Source of the DNA: a virus
Length of the DNA stretch: 64,000 nucleotides
Direction: 5' to 3' (one strand)
Virus record (IMG/VR): IMGVR_UViG_3300028827_000091
Location: 4,106 to 68,105 of that record
Position 1 is the first letter of the stretch, and each line of letters opens with the position of its first letter. The notes beneath the pieces were generated by a model that was not told the DNA's origin, did not search any database, and saw nothing but the letters and a program-made list of their open reading frames with translations. Below are positions 37,796 to 45,070 of the stretch, piece by piece. Both the position numbers and the translations under genes were made by a program.

Positions 37796-37808
37796 GAGGA
37801 GAACTTAA

Positions 37809-38108
37809 ATGCGTGGTATTATTCCTAATGGGACTAAAGATGGTGAATATTATCGAACCATCGATAAGCTCGAAGAAATGATAACTTCGAACAAGGAATC
37901 TGATAAGTCCTTACGTGCTCTTTTATGGTTCTTGCACGATTGTCAGTATAATCGTGAAGACTTGGGCAGAATGGCCGAATTATTAGATGAGAAAATTCGT
38001 CTGCGTGTCAATAGTTCAAGTTCCTTTTGTGATGAAGATATTGAAGATGAAGATGATGAGGATATTGAAATGTTTGTTCTAGGATTTTTCACCGGAAAAT
38101 TGTTCTAG
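37809..38108 (+). CDS. Hypothetical protein
   Basis: SD AGGAG. Confidence 0.55.
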   Translation: MRGIIPNGTKDGEYYRTIDKLEEMITSNKESDKSLRALLWFLHDCQYNREDLGRMAELLDEKIRLRVNSSSSFCDEDIEDEDDEDIEMFVLGFFTGKLF

Positions 38109-38124
38109 GATTTTCCGCCGGAAG

Positions 38125-38559
38125 ATGAGAGGAGAAAGCGAAATGGCCGAAGAACCTATAAAACTTGGTGATATAGTACAGGTCGATTTTAATAATGCGC
38201 AATACGCCTTATGCTCAAAGGCTGAGATATTGCACATCCCCCAGGCAACTGGCGATTCTTGGAGGTTTCGTGATTGTGAGAATGGCAATATCTATTATGT
38301 ATCCGAAGGATGCACCATAACGAAGGTGGTAGAACTTGGTGCATTGCCAAAGGCAGATAATTGTCCGAAATGGCAACCTACTCGGCCCACCTGGTGTTGG
38401 GTTTGGAATGATGATACTGATAATTGCAATAGTCTTCGTATAAAACGATTGGTAATCAATTCAGAAGATGGTCTATATTATACAATCAATGAAGATGGTC
38501 CGTGGGACAACGCAAAGCCTTGCGAACCTCCCGAATGGTGGTTTAATGAGTGGAAATAA
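38125..38559 (+). CDS. Hypothetical protein
   Basis: Co-oriented ORF; WCWVWND. Confidence 0.55.
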   Translation: MRGESEMAEEPIKLGDIVQVDFNNAQYALCSKAEILHIPQATGDSWRFRDCENGNIYYVSEGCTITKVVELGALPKADNCPKWQPTRPTWCWVWNDDTDNCNSLRIKRLVINSEDGLYYTINEDGPWDNAKPCEPPEWWFNEWK

Positions 38560-39008
38560 ATATGGATAAAGTACGTATCCCTGTGACTGTAGAGGAAGGA
38601 ATCTTTTCTGATGAATGCAAAGTTGCAGTTAGAACATCTGATGGTGGAACCATTCATTTCTTTGTTGATTCCGAACAGGTAATATTTTGTGGTAATAATT
38701 GTTTTTTAGAAGTAGCAATCGCCAAAGCAAGGCCAAATTATATTCGCATCTTGTTACCAACAGAAACTCTAGAAGACGGATTTCGGTGGATAGATGTTGA
38801 AAGAAATGAGACTGGCGTCGGAGAAGAAATGAAAAATAAAATCTATTACGAAGTTGTTGAAATTTTCCCAGATGAAAAGAACAGAACGTTCTATCGTACA
38901 ATTTGTGTGCGCGAGCGCAAAGAAGAAGCAGAAGCTGTTCTTAATGTTCTATACAAATCGGATAGTCTTGGAGAATGCTCATATGATATTATTGTTCGAA
39001 AATATTAA
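38550..39008 (+). CDS. Hypothetical protein
   Basis: Co-oriented ORF. Confidence 0.5.
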   Translation: MEINMDKVRIPVTVEEGIFSDECKVAVRTSDGGTIHFFVDSEQVIFCGNNCFLEVAIAKARPNYIRILLPTETLEDGFRWIDVERNETGVGEEMKNKIYYEVVEIFPDEKNRTFYRTICVRERKEEAEAVLNVLYKSDSLGECSYDIIVRKY

Positions 39009-39022
39009 AGGAGTGACGTGAA

Positions 39023-39223
39023 ATGGAAGGTGAAGATAACGGTGTTGCAGAGTTCAAAGAAGAAGTAATTGGTCTGTTGAAGAAGTATTCTCTACTTCAA
39101 GATAAATATATTTCTAAAAGAATGACTTGGGGAGAAAAGGAAGCATTCTTATTGGGAATCGAACGAGCTATTGAAACAATAGAAGAACTGGCACATACCA
39201 GTGATTATCTTACAAAAAAATGA
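39023..39223 (+). CDS. Hypothetical protein
   Basis: SD AAGGAG. Confidence 0.5.
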   Translation: MEGEDNGVAEFKEEVIGLLKKYSLLQDKYISKRMTWGEKEAFLLGIERAIETIEELAHTSDYLTKK

Positions 39224-39224
39224 C

Positions 39225-39252
39225 TTGCAATTCTGCCTACGGATGGTATAAT
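39225..39252 (+). promoter_or_regulatory. Sigma70 promoter (extended -10) before a non-coding structured region
   Basis: TTGCAA-N16-TATAAT preceded by TGG. Confidence 0.65.
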
Positions 39253-39271
39253 ACTACATCAACGTTTAATA

Positions 39272-39593
39272 CAGGCATTAGCACAACCTGGGCTTATGTA
39301 GGTATTTGGTTAAAAGTTTTGAGTGAGCGAGACAGCGGATGCGACCTAAAAGATGTGAAGGTTCCTCAAAAATCCGCAGCGAGCAATTCGCAATGACCGA
39401 CTCACTCCTGTCTGTGCCTGATGGCATTGGCCTGGCCTCTGGTCCCGTGAGCCGGACTAATCACGGGACGTTACAGTTTGAGAACCAGCAACGGTATTGA
39501 CCCTTGGTATGATTACGCCGAATTCCTCTGCCAAGAAAGATAGAGGTTGCAGCGCTCGGAGTAGTACGGCGGAATGAAACGAGCCGGTTCTCA
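39272..39593 (+). ncRNA. Orphan structured RNA(s)
   Basis: GC-rich with no ORF; stems CAGGCA/TGCCTG, GAGTGAG/CTCACTC, GCGGAT/ATCCGC, GTCCCGTGA/TCACGGGAC, TGAGAACC/GGTTCTCA. Confidence 0.55.
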
Positions 39594-39617
39594 TTTTATT
39601 TGAAAATGAGGTGAAAA

Positions 39618-39806
39618 ATGAAAAAATATTCTATTCGAAAACATCATTTCTTTATTGTTGTTTCAATTTTCTTTTTCTATCTCACCATAATGTCGGCAAT
39701 CGCAAAGAATCCAAATGGTGTTATTATAGGACTGATGTTTTCAATATGGTGTTCGATGGCTGCATATGTAGAATATCTTAAGAGGAAGGTTAATGAGCAA
39801 AAATAA
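39618..39806 (+). CDS. Small membrane protein
   Basis: SD GAGGTG; two hydrophobic segments. Confidence 0.55.
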   Translation: MKKYSIRKHHFFIVVSIFFFYLTIMSAIAKNPNGVIIGLMFSIWCSMAAYVEYLKRKVNEQK

Positions 39807-40140
39807 ATCAGAAATTGCTATTGTATATGAAACAGAGGATATACCTTTAGAATTGAAGGTTCTTGAGACTGTTCTCGAAGAAGTCGAAAAGGCAACAGAA
39901 AAGTTTCCGACCTGGCCGAATGACCCATTGCACGCACTTCACGTCCTTGGCGAAGAATTCGGCGAATTGGTGAAAGAAGCACTCCAGCTTGTCTATGAAC
40001 CTAACAAAACAAACATCGAAGAAGTCAAGAAAGAAGCGATTCAAACAGCAGCAATGGCTCTTCGTTTTCTATTCAGTTTAGAAAAAGATGAATACGAATG
40101 GAATAAGTGCGAACAACACAATCAAGATTTGAGCATATAG
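39793..40140 (+). CDS. MazG-like NTP pyrophosphohydrolase
   Basis: LGEEFGELVKE...EAIQTAAMA. Confidence 0.7.
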   Translation: MSKNKSEIAIVYETEDIPLELKVLETVLEEVEKATEKFPTWPNDPLHALHVLGEEFGELVKEALQLVYEPNKTNIEEVKKEAIQTAAMALRFLFSLEKDEYEWNKCEQHNQDLSI

Positions 40141-40152
40141 AAGGAATAGATT

Positions 40153-40635
40153 ATGGATGTATATGCAGAAGTCAAGAAAGAAAGATTGATGCAAGATTTG
40201 AAGTGGGGTGGCTCTAATCGACAGCGTTTCTATAATTCTCATAACTGGATAGTTTCTATTATCAACCAGTTAGGTGCAGCAGCAAAAACACCTTTTGACA
40301 TTGACAACTTTCGTCGTCAAATGGTAAAAGCTGCCGCACTGGCAATTGCAGCATATGAAAGCTCTTTAGAATGGGAGAGCAGGCCAACCTCAGAAGAATC
40401 TGTGGCTGATGTCGAAGAAAGTTCATCAGATAAATCTGTTCCAATGATAATTGTCGAACGGTCGATTGCAGATGAACCCGAGTTACCCGGCACAATGCCA
40501 GATGACATTTGGGAAGTGATATCTAACGATAAGGATGCTGCAACAGAGCTTCTTCGTGAAGCGGTTCGAATGACAAAATTAGGAATATTGAGGCGAGTCA
40601 AATTTTATTCTCAAGAAGACACAGAGAAAGAATGA
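40153..40635 (+). CDS. MazG-like fold protein with C-terminal extension
   Basis: ERLMQDLKWG...RQMVKAAALAIAAYES. Confidence 0.5.
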   Translation: MDVYAEVKKERLMQDLKWGGSNRQRFYNSHNWIVSIINQLGAAAKTPFDIDNFRRQMVKAAALAIAAYESSLEWESRPTSEESVADVEESSSDKSVPMIIVERSIADEPELPGTMPDDIWEVISNDKDAATELLREAVRMTKLGILRRVKFYSQEDTEKE

Positions 40636-40915
40636 AAGAAAATTCTCATTTAGATTTTTTCTTGCATAAATAATATAATGTTATCATTCACAAAAGGAGC
40701 CAATTCAGTGAAGACGCTGATATTCAATAGAGAAAAATCGCTGATTCTGAATAGTCTTCTTGCGCCTGCGAGAAGTTGGCTCAATATTTTCTTGTATCGA
40801 CCTATTCAATTTCATAAGGTATCATTTTTATAGGGGTCAGGCCCAAATTCATTTAAGAGCTTGCCCCACAAAAACACAGAAGGGGGAAGCAAATCACATA
40901 GACACAAAAAAGAAC

Positions 40916-40944
40916 TTGACAACAAGAAAACAACAAATTATAAT
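40916..40944 (+). promoter_or_regulatory. Sigma70 promoter of the tRNA/tmRNA array
   Basis: TTGACA-N17-TATAAT. Confidence 0.85.
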
Positions 40945-40990
40945 TGCGTTGTTGGATAAATGTTTTGTTCTTTACAATTCATTCATATAT

Positions 40991-41064
40991 GGGGCTGTAG
41001 TTCAGTTTGGGAGAACGCTTCCCTTGCAAGGAAGAGGTCGCCGGGTCGGAGCCGGCCAGCTCCA
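40991..41064 (+). tRNA. tRNA-Ala(TGC), no encoded CCA, atypical T-loop
   Basis: GGGGCTG/CAGCTCC with G3-U70; CTTCC-CTTGCAA-GGAAG. Confidence 0.88.
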
Positions 41065-41065
41065 C

Positions 41066-41158
41066 GCCTAACAAGATGAAAGCCTCCACGCGGCGTTAGG
41101 TGGTAACAGATGAATGACCTGTTTCGGTAGAGATAAGGGACATCTGGCTAATTTCATC
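41066..41158 (+). ncRNA. HDV-like (theta-type) self-cleaving ribozyme
   Basis: P1 GCCTAAC/GTTAGGT, P2 GATGAAA/TTTCATC, P3 GCC/GGC, L3 TCCACGC, J1/4 GG, P4 CAGATG/CATCTG, J4/2 GCTAA. Confidence 0.85.
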
Positions 41159-41167
41159 ATTTTGAAT

Positions 41168-41242
41168 GGGTCCGAAGCATTGTTGGCGATGCACCAGACT
41201 TTTAATCTGGGGAACGGGGTTCGACTCCCTGCGGGCCTACCA
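41168..41242 (+). tRNA. tRNA-Lys(TTT)
   Basis: CCAGA-CTTTTAA-TCTGG; TTCGA; CCA. Confidence 0.9.
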
Positions 41243-41246
41243 TTTT

Positions 41247-41321
41247 GCCCTTGTCGTTCAATGGATAGGACAACGGTCTTCTAAACCGTGAATCGGGGTT
41301 CGACTCCCTGCAAGGGCGCCA
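41247..41321 (+). tRNA. tRNA-Arg(TCT)
   Basis: ACGGT-CTTCTAA-ACCGT; CCA. Confidence 0.93.
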
Positions 41322-41353
41322 GTTTGAAAGCCAGGCTTTCAAATATTACAAAT

Positions 41354-41701
41354 GGGGCTGAAATAGTATCGATTAAGATTCGGAGCATTTGTAAGCACGC
41401 AGGTAGGCTGACCACCTTAAACGTTGGCAGTAAAATAGTCGCAAACGACGACGCACCGATAGCGCAAGCAGCGTAATCACCTCTATCAGATACTCGCCAT
41501 TCGGTGTTTGAAAAGAGGTCATTTAGAGTGGCTAGAATAGAATCATAGTGATAATTCTATTTGAAATTTTATCACTTGAGATATGGATTTGTATTTGCTG
41601 GTTTCGAGGCCATATCAAAAATTTAGGATAACCAGATAAGCGTGTAGAAATCACTTGTGAAGGTTTTAAGACGGCGGAGGCAGAGCCGCCCAGCTCCACC
41701 A
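41354..41701 (+). ncRNA. ssrA: tmRNA; tag ANDDAPIAQAA (41441-41476)
   Basis: 5' GGGGCTG, 3' CAGCTCCACCA with G3-U70; resume context TAGTC-GCA-AAC-GAC; tag ends in AA then stop. Confidence 0.93.
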
Positions 41702-41712
41702 AAATATTATCT

Positions 41713-41791
41713 GCGTCCCTACGCAAATTGGCAAAGCGGCCAGACTTAGAATCTGGTGATTTTCAGGGTTCGACTCCCTGGGGGCGTACCA
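41713..41791 (+). tRNA. tRNA-Leu(TAG), short variable arm
   Basis: CCAGA-CTTAGAA-TCTGG; CCA. Confidence 0.88.
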
Positions 41792-41799
41792 ATAAGTAT

Positions 41800-41876
41800 G
41801 GCGTTCATCTTCTAACGGCTAAGAACACCGGCTGTGACCCGGTCAATGGAGGGTTCGATTCCCCCTGAACGCCCCA
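41800..41876 (+). tRNA. tRNA-His(GTG)
   Basis: ACCGG-CTGTGAC-CCGGT; G-1:C73. Confidence 0.88.
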
Positions 41877-41885
41877 ATTATTTTC

Positions 41886-41914
41886 TTGACAATGAATCTT
41901 AGATGTGATAGATT
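41886..41914 (+). promoter_or_regulatory. Sigma70 promoter
   Basis: TTGACA-N17-TAGATT. Confidence 0.7.
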
Positions 41915-41923
41915 TTCATTGTC

Positions 41924-42096
41924 AAAGGGAGTTAGCTGAGACATCAAATGAAAATATTGTTTCAGCATATGTCGGCCGTTTGTTCTCACTCAATGAACAC
42001 CGACATTGACGTGGAGTCTGCGTGGGTGGTGTAGCATATGCTCGGAAGCTATGCGAGGCAGATGAAAACTTGGGTAGATATATAGGTTCTTCCTTC
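41924..42096 (+). ncRNA. Orphan structured RNA
   Basis: Directly after a promoter; stems GCTGAGACA/TGTTTCAGC, ATGTCGG/CCGACAT, TCTGC/GCAGA. Confidence 0.5.
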
Positions 42097-42147
42097 TAAA
42101 TTTCTTTTAACGGAACTAGATTTAGAGTCTATAATTTCACCCAAAAT

Positions 42148-42236
42148 GGGTTGGTGGCAGAATTGGCTAATGCACCGGGCTGTAACCCCGCAGTAGGTGT
42201 TAGACCTTGGAGGTTCGAGTCCTCCCCAACCCACCA
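42148..42236 (+). tRNA. tRNA-Tyr(GTA)
   Basis: Loop CTGTAAC, long variable arm, CCA. Confidence 0.88.
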
Positions 42237-42237
42237 T

Positions 42238-42311
42238 TCTCCGATAGCTTAATGGTAAAGCCGGCGACCGATAATCGTCAGATGGAAGTTCGATTCTTCC
42301 TCGGAGAACCA
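42238..42311 (+). tRNA. tRNA-Ile(GAT), C33
   Basis: GGCGA-CCGATAA-TCGTC; CCA. Confidence 0.85.
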
Positions 42312-42355
42312 GTTAGCTATAGCGAGTTCAAACGTCGTCGAACTTAGAATAGCTT

Positions 42356-42419
42356 ATGTCGCTGCTCTTGATTTTAATCAAGGACAAAAGAATGTCAGTT
42401 CGAATCTGACCAGCGGCAT
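42356..42419 (+). ncRNA. Minimal D-armless tRNA-like element
   Basis: ATGTCGCTG/CAGCGGCAT; T-arm GTCAG-TTCGAAT-CTGAC; single hairpin CTTGA-TTTTAA-TCAAG. Confidence 0.55.
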
Positions 42420-42422
42420 TTT

Positions 42423-42496
42423 CAGGGTGTAGGTTAACGGTAAACGCTCGGCCTTGGAAGCTGGGTATGGAGGTTCGATTCCTCCCACCCTGACCA
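42423..42496 (+). tRNA. tRNA-Pro(TGG)
   Basis: Loop CTTGGAA; CCA. Confidence 0.9.
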
Positions 42497-42503
42497 GTTA
42501 AAT

Positions 42504-42577
42504 TCACCGGTCGTCTAATGGCAGGATAGGAGACTTTGAATCTCTAGATGTTGGTTCGACCCCAACCCGGTGAGCCA
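42504..42577 (+). tRNA. tRNA-Gln(TTG)
   Basis: GGAGA-CTTTGAA-TCTCT; CCA. Confidence 0.9.
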
Positions 42578-42584
42578 TTGAAGT

Positions 42585-42664
42585 GCGCCCGTATGCCCTC
42601 TGGCTACGAACCAGTAGAAAGGCTAATTGGACACATTTGGGTTCGAGTCCCTCCGGGCGTGCCA
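42585..42664 (+). tRNA. Atypical tRNA-Arg(ACG)-like RNA lacking a normal D-arm
   Basis: GCGCCCG/CGGGCGT-GCCA; CTGG-CTACGAA-CCAG; D-loop-like TAATTGGA lies 3' of the anticodon arm. Confidence 0.6.
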
Positions 42665-42676
42665 GATTGTTTGTGA

Positions 42677-42784
42677 GGCCACGTAGCGTGAACGGTTAAC
42701 GCACAAGAGGTCGCTACTCTTGGTCTGCCATCTCATACCGGTTAATGATGGCAGTCCGGGTTCAAATCCCGGCGGGGCCAGCCA
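42677..42784 (+). ncRNA. tRNA-like RNA with non-canonical anticodon loop GTCGCTA and long variable arm
   Basis: D-arm GCGT..ACGC, CAAGAG-GTCGCTA-CTCTTG, CTGCCATC/GATGGCAG, CCGGG-TTCAAAT-CCCGG, ends GCCA. Confidence 0.65.
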
Positions 42785-42787
42785 ATT

Positions 42788-42873
42788 GGATGCGTGACTG
42801 AACGGTAAGGTACTCGGTTGCTAACCGAAGGTAGGAAAATCCTGAGCAGGTTCGACTCCTGCCGCATCCGCCA
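42788..42873 (+). tRNA. tRNA-Ser(GCT)
   Basis: Loop TTGCTAA, long variable arm, GCCA. Confidence 0.9.
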
Positions 42874-42875
42874 AT

Positions 42876-42968
42876 GGAGCAGACGGCGCACTGGAGCGCA
42901 ACTGGTCTTGAAAACCAGCGCATCGGGTTGGTAGCTCGGTGGGGGTTCGATTCCTCTCTGCTCTTCCA
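42876..42968 (+). tRNA. tRNA-Ser(TGA)
   Basis: CTGGT-CTTGAAA-ACCAG, long variable arm. Confidence 0.85.
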
Positions 42969-43010
42969 GTTTGTCACAAAAATTGTGATAAAATATAGGA
43001 AATTTAATAT

Positions 43011-43088
43011 TCCGGAGTGATGTCGATTTGGTAAGACAGCCGCCTGTTAAGCGGAAGTATGTGGGTTCGAGTCCCACCTCCGGAGCCA
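43011..43088 (+). tRNA. tRNA-Asn(GTT)
   Basis: CCGC-CTGTTAA-GCGG; GCCA. Confidence 0.9.
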
Positions 43089-43089
43089 G

Positions 43090-43164
43090 TCTCCCGAAGC
43101 ATTGCTGGCGATGCACTAGGCTCTTAACCTTGGGAAGTCGGTTCGATTCCGACCGGGAGGACCA
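43090..43164 (+). tRNA. tRNA-Lys(CTT)
   Basis: Loop CTCTTAA; CCA. Confidence 0.88.
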
Positions 43165-43168
43165 GATT

Positions 43169-43245
43169 GCCGGTCTAGCTCCAATCGGTAGAGCGGAAGC
43201 CTGAAGAGCTTCGCGATGGTGGTTCAAGTCCACCGGCCGGCACCA
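43169..43245 (+). tRNA. tRNA-Phe(GAA)
   Basis: GAAGC-CTGAAGA-GCTTC; CCA. Confidence 0.9.
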
Positions 43246-43249
43246 ATAT

Positions 43250-43326
43250 GGCTCGATAGTGTCAATGGTTGAACACAACGGTCTCCAAAACCGTAAATCT
43301 AGGTTCGAATCCTAGTCGGGCTGCCA
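43250..43326 (+). tRNA. tRNA-Trp(CCA)
   Basis: ACGGT-CTCCAAA-ACCGT; CCA. Confidence 0.92.
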
Positions 43327-43329
43327 GAT

Positions 43330-43422
43330 AGCAGTGTAGTGTAATTGGAAGCACGACGAGGCTTATACCCTCGAACGCCAGATTAGCGGTTAGCATCGGT
43401 TCGATTCCGGTCACTGCTACCA
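43330..43422 (+). tRNA. tRNA-Ile(TAT) with long variable region
   Basis: CGAGG-CTTATAC-CCTCG; ~21-nt variable region; CCA. Confidence 0.8.
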
Positions 43423-43440
43423 AATACAATAGGTGGAAAA

Positions 43441-43776
43441 ATGGCATCATTTGGCGAAAAGTGGAACGGAAAGGATTGGGAAAATTCTCTTCCAGACCAA
43501 AGTGACTGGTGTGATGGTCTAGGGTGCCCTTTCGAAAAAGAGACTTGTCTTTGCGCACAGGTTATGAATTTGAAAGAAAAGTTTCGAAAGGAATTCAAAC
43601 GGCCTTGGCGTTCACTAGAATATGAAGAACAGAAAAAGTTCTTGTTTGGTTTTCACAGCGCCTTTGATAGATTGAAATCTCACATTGTTGTTTTAGAAAA
43701 TGAATTGAGAGAATTGCGCGGCGAAAACAGAGTTTTGAAAGGAAAATTGAAAAAAGCCTCCCTAGCTCAACGGTAG
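43441..43776 (+). CDS. Hypothetical protein (coiled-coil C-terminus; stop codon inside tRNA-Val)
   Basis: SD AGGTGG. Confidence 0.55.
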   Translation: MASFGEKWNGKDWENSLPDQSDWCDGLGCPFEKETCLCAQVMNLKEKFRKEFKRPWRSLEYEEQKKFLFGFHSAFDRLKSHIVVLENELRELRGENRVLKGKLKKASLAQR

Positions 43777-43829
43777 AGCGGCGGTCTTACAAACCGTTGA
43801 TGGCAGTTCGATTCTGTCGGGAGGTACCA
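43756..43829 (+). tRNA. tRNA-Val(TAC)
   Basis: GCGGT-CTTACAA-ACCGT; CCA. Confidence 0.92.
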
Positions 43830-43853
43830 AATAGAAGAGGCGAAAAATGGAAT

Positions 43854-44006
43854 GTGGGAAGTGAATTTGAAAAGAAAGTAAGAATCTTGAGAAAAAAGAC
43901 TGGTTGTAGCTTCGTAAGGGCTCTCTACGCGCTTCGAAGAGCTGAAGGTAATATGAGTGTTGCAATCAAGTTTTTGAGAATAAAAGGGCGGCAGAACGCA
44001 AATTAG
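43854..44006 (+). CDS. Stand-alone EF-Ts N-terminal (UBA-like) domain protein
   Basis: VRILRKKTGCSFVRALYALRRAEGNMSVAIKFLRIKG matches the EF-Ts pattern VKELRERTG..CKKAL...GD.E.A...LR.KG. Confidence 0.6.
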   Translation: MGSEFEKKVRILRKKTGCSFVRALYALRRAEGNMSVAIKFLRIKGRQNAN

Positions 44007-44019
44007 GGCCTCTGCCGAA

Positions 44020-44586
44020 GTGAGGTGTCAATTGACTGATAGAAAAGAATGGCGTGCATATCATTTTGGAAATTTTTATCTTTCTTCGATACAACAAGGC
44101 ATTCAGGCTGCGCACGCACAAACATCGCTTTTTGTGAAATATTTAGGTATGCGCCCAAACCTGAAAGACAGAAAAGTGAAAATGTTTCTTGAGTGGGCAG
44201 ACAATCCAACAATGATTTGTCTGAATGGCGGAAACAATGAGCAAATGCACTTCACAAAAGATTTCTTTTCTTCAAAAGACAATCCTTATCCTTGGTGCAT
44301 TTTTTGCGAAGACGAAGAATCATTGGGAGGTCTTCTAACAAACGTTGTTATCCTCTTGCCGAAGAAAATCTGGAATGCCTTTGATACTTTTCGAACAGTG
44401 ATTTACCAGACTGATAACTGCAAGACTTTTGAGGAATATTATGAAGCAGTTTCCGTCGCAGAGTATTATGACGAAATGACTATGAATCACAGAGCACTTC
44501 GGATATACGAAAAAGAGTATGGCCCTTTTTCTCTATATGAATCTAGAATTGTGGATTATATGCGCAGGTTTCGATTGGCAGTATAG
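44020..44586 (+). CDS. Phage peptidyl-tRNA hydrolase type 2 (Pth2)-like protein
   Basis: LSSIQQGIQAAHA, TMICLNGG, FCEDEESLGGLLT. Confidence 0.6.
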   Translation: MRCQLTDRKEWRAYHFGNFYLSSIQQGIQAAHAQTSLFVKYLGMRPNLKDRKVKMFLEWADNPTMICLNGGNNEQMHFTKDFFSSKDNPYPWCIFCEDEESLGGLLTNVVILLPKKIWNAFDTFRTVIYQTDNCKTFEEYYEAVSVAEYYDEMTMNHRALRIYEKEYGPFSLYESRIVDYMRRFRLAV

Positions 44587-44601
44587 AATGAAATCTTTTT
44601 C

Positions 44602-44630
44602 TTGACAAAGCCTCTAAAATGATATAGATT
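44602..44630 (+). promoter_or_regulatory. Sigma70 promoter
   Basis: TTGACA-N17-TAGATT. Confidence 0.7.
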
Positions 44631-44662
44631 TGCATTACAAAGTGAGTTGTGAGGAGTTTTTT

Positions 44663-45070
44663 ATGGCATATATGAATCAGGAAAAGAAAAAGAGGATTGC
44701 CAACGCTTTGAAGCAGGCGGGCTTGCCAAAGTCTTTGAAATATTCTTTGGCGGTTCGAAATCATTCGACAATTGTTATGACAATTCGTTCTGCAGATATC
44801 GATTTCATCAAGAACTTTAATGATAATCTGCCGGAGAAGGATACTTTTGGTAATACTCCGAGAAAAGCAGTGGATTACATTGATGTCAATGTGTTTCACT
44901 ATAAGAGTCAGTTCTCTGGCAAAGCGCTCGATGTTCTAGAGAAAATTATTTCCTGCTTGAATATCGATAACTATGACAATTCAGATGTTATGACTGATTA
45001 TTTCGATGTTGGTTATTATGTCACTTTGGATATTGGTCGGTGGAACAAGCCATTTGTTTTCACTGGCTAA
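44663..45070 (+). CDS. Conserved phage early protein
   Basis: SD GAGGAG; MAYMNQEKK, NYDNSDVMTDYFDVGYY, IGRWNKPF. Confidence 0.75.
   Translation: MAYMNQEKKKRIANALKQAGLPKSLKYSLAVRNHSTIVMTIRSADIDFIKNFNDNLPEKDTFGNTPRKAVDYIDVNVFHYKSQFSGKALDVLEKIISCLNIDNYDNSDVMTDYFDVGYYVTLDIGRWNKPFVFTG

Noticed and set aside
42742-43278. 178-aa minus-strand ORF and similar ORFs across the tRNA array
   Set aside because: Antisense translations of tRNA genes
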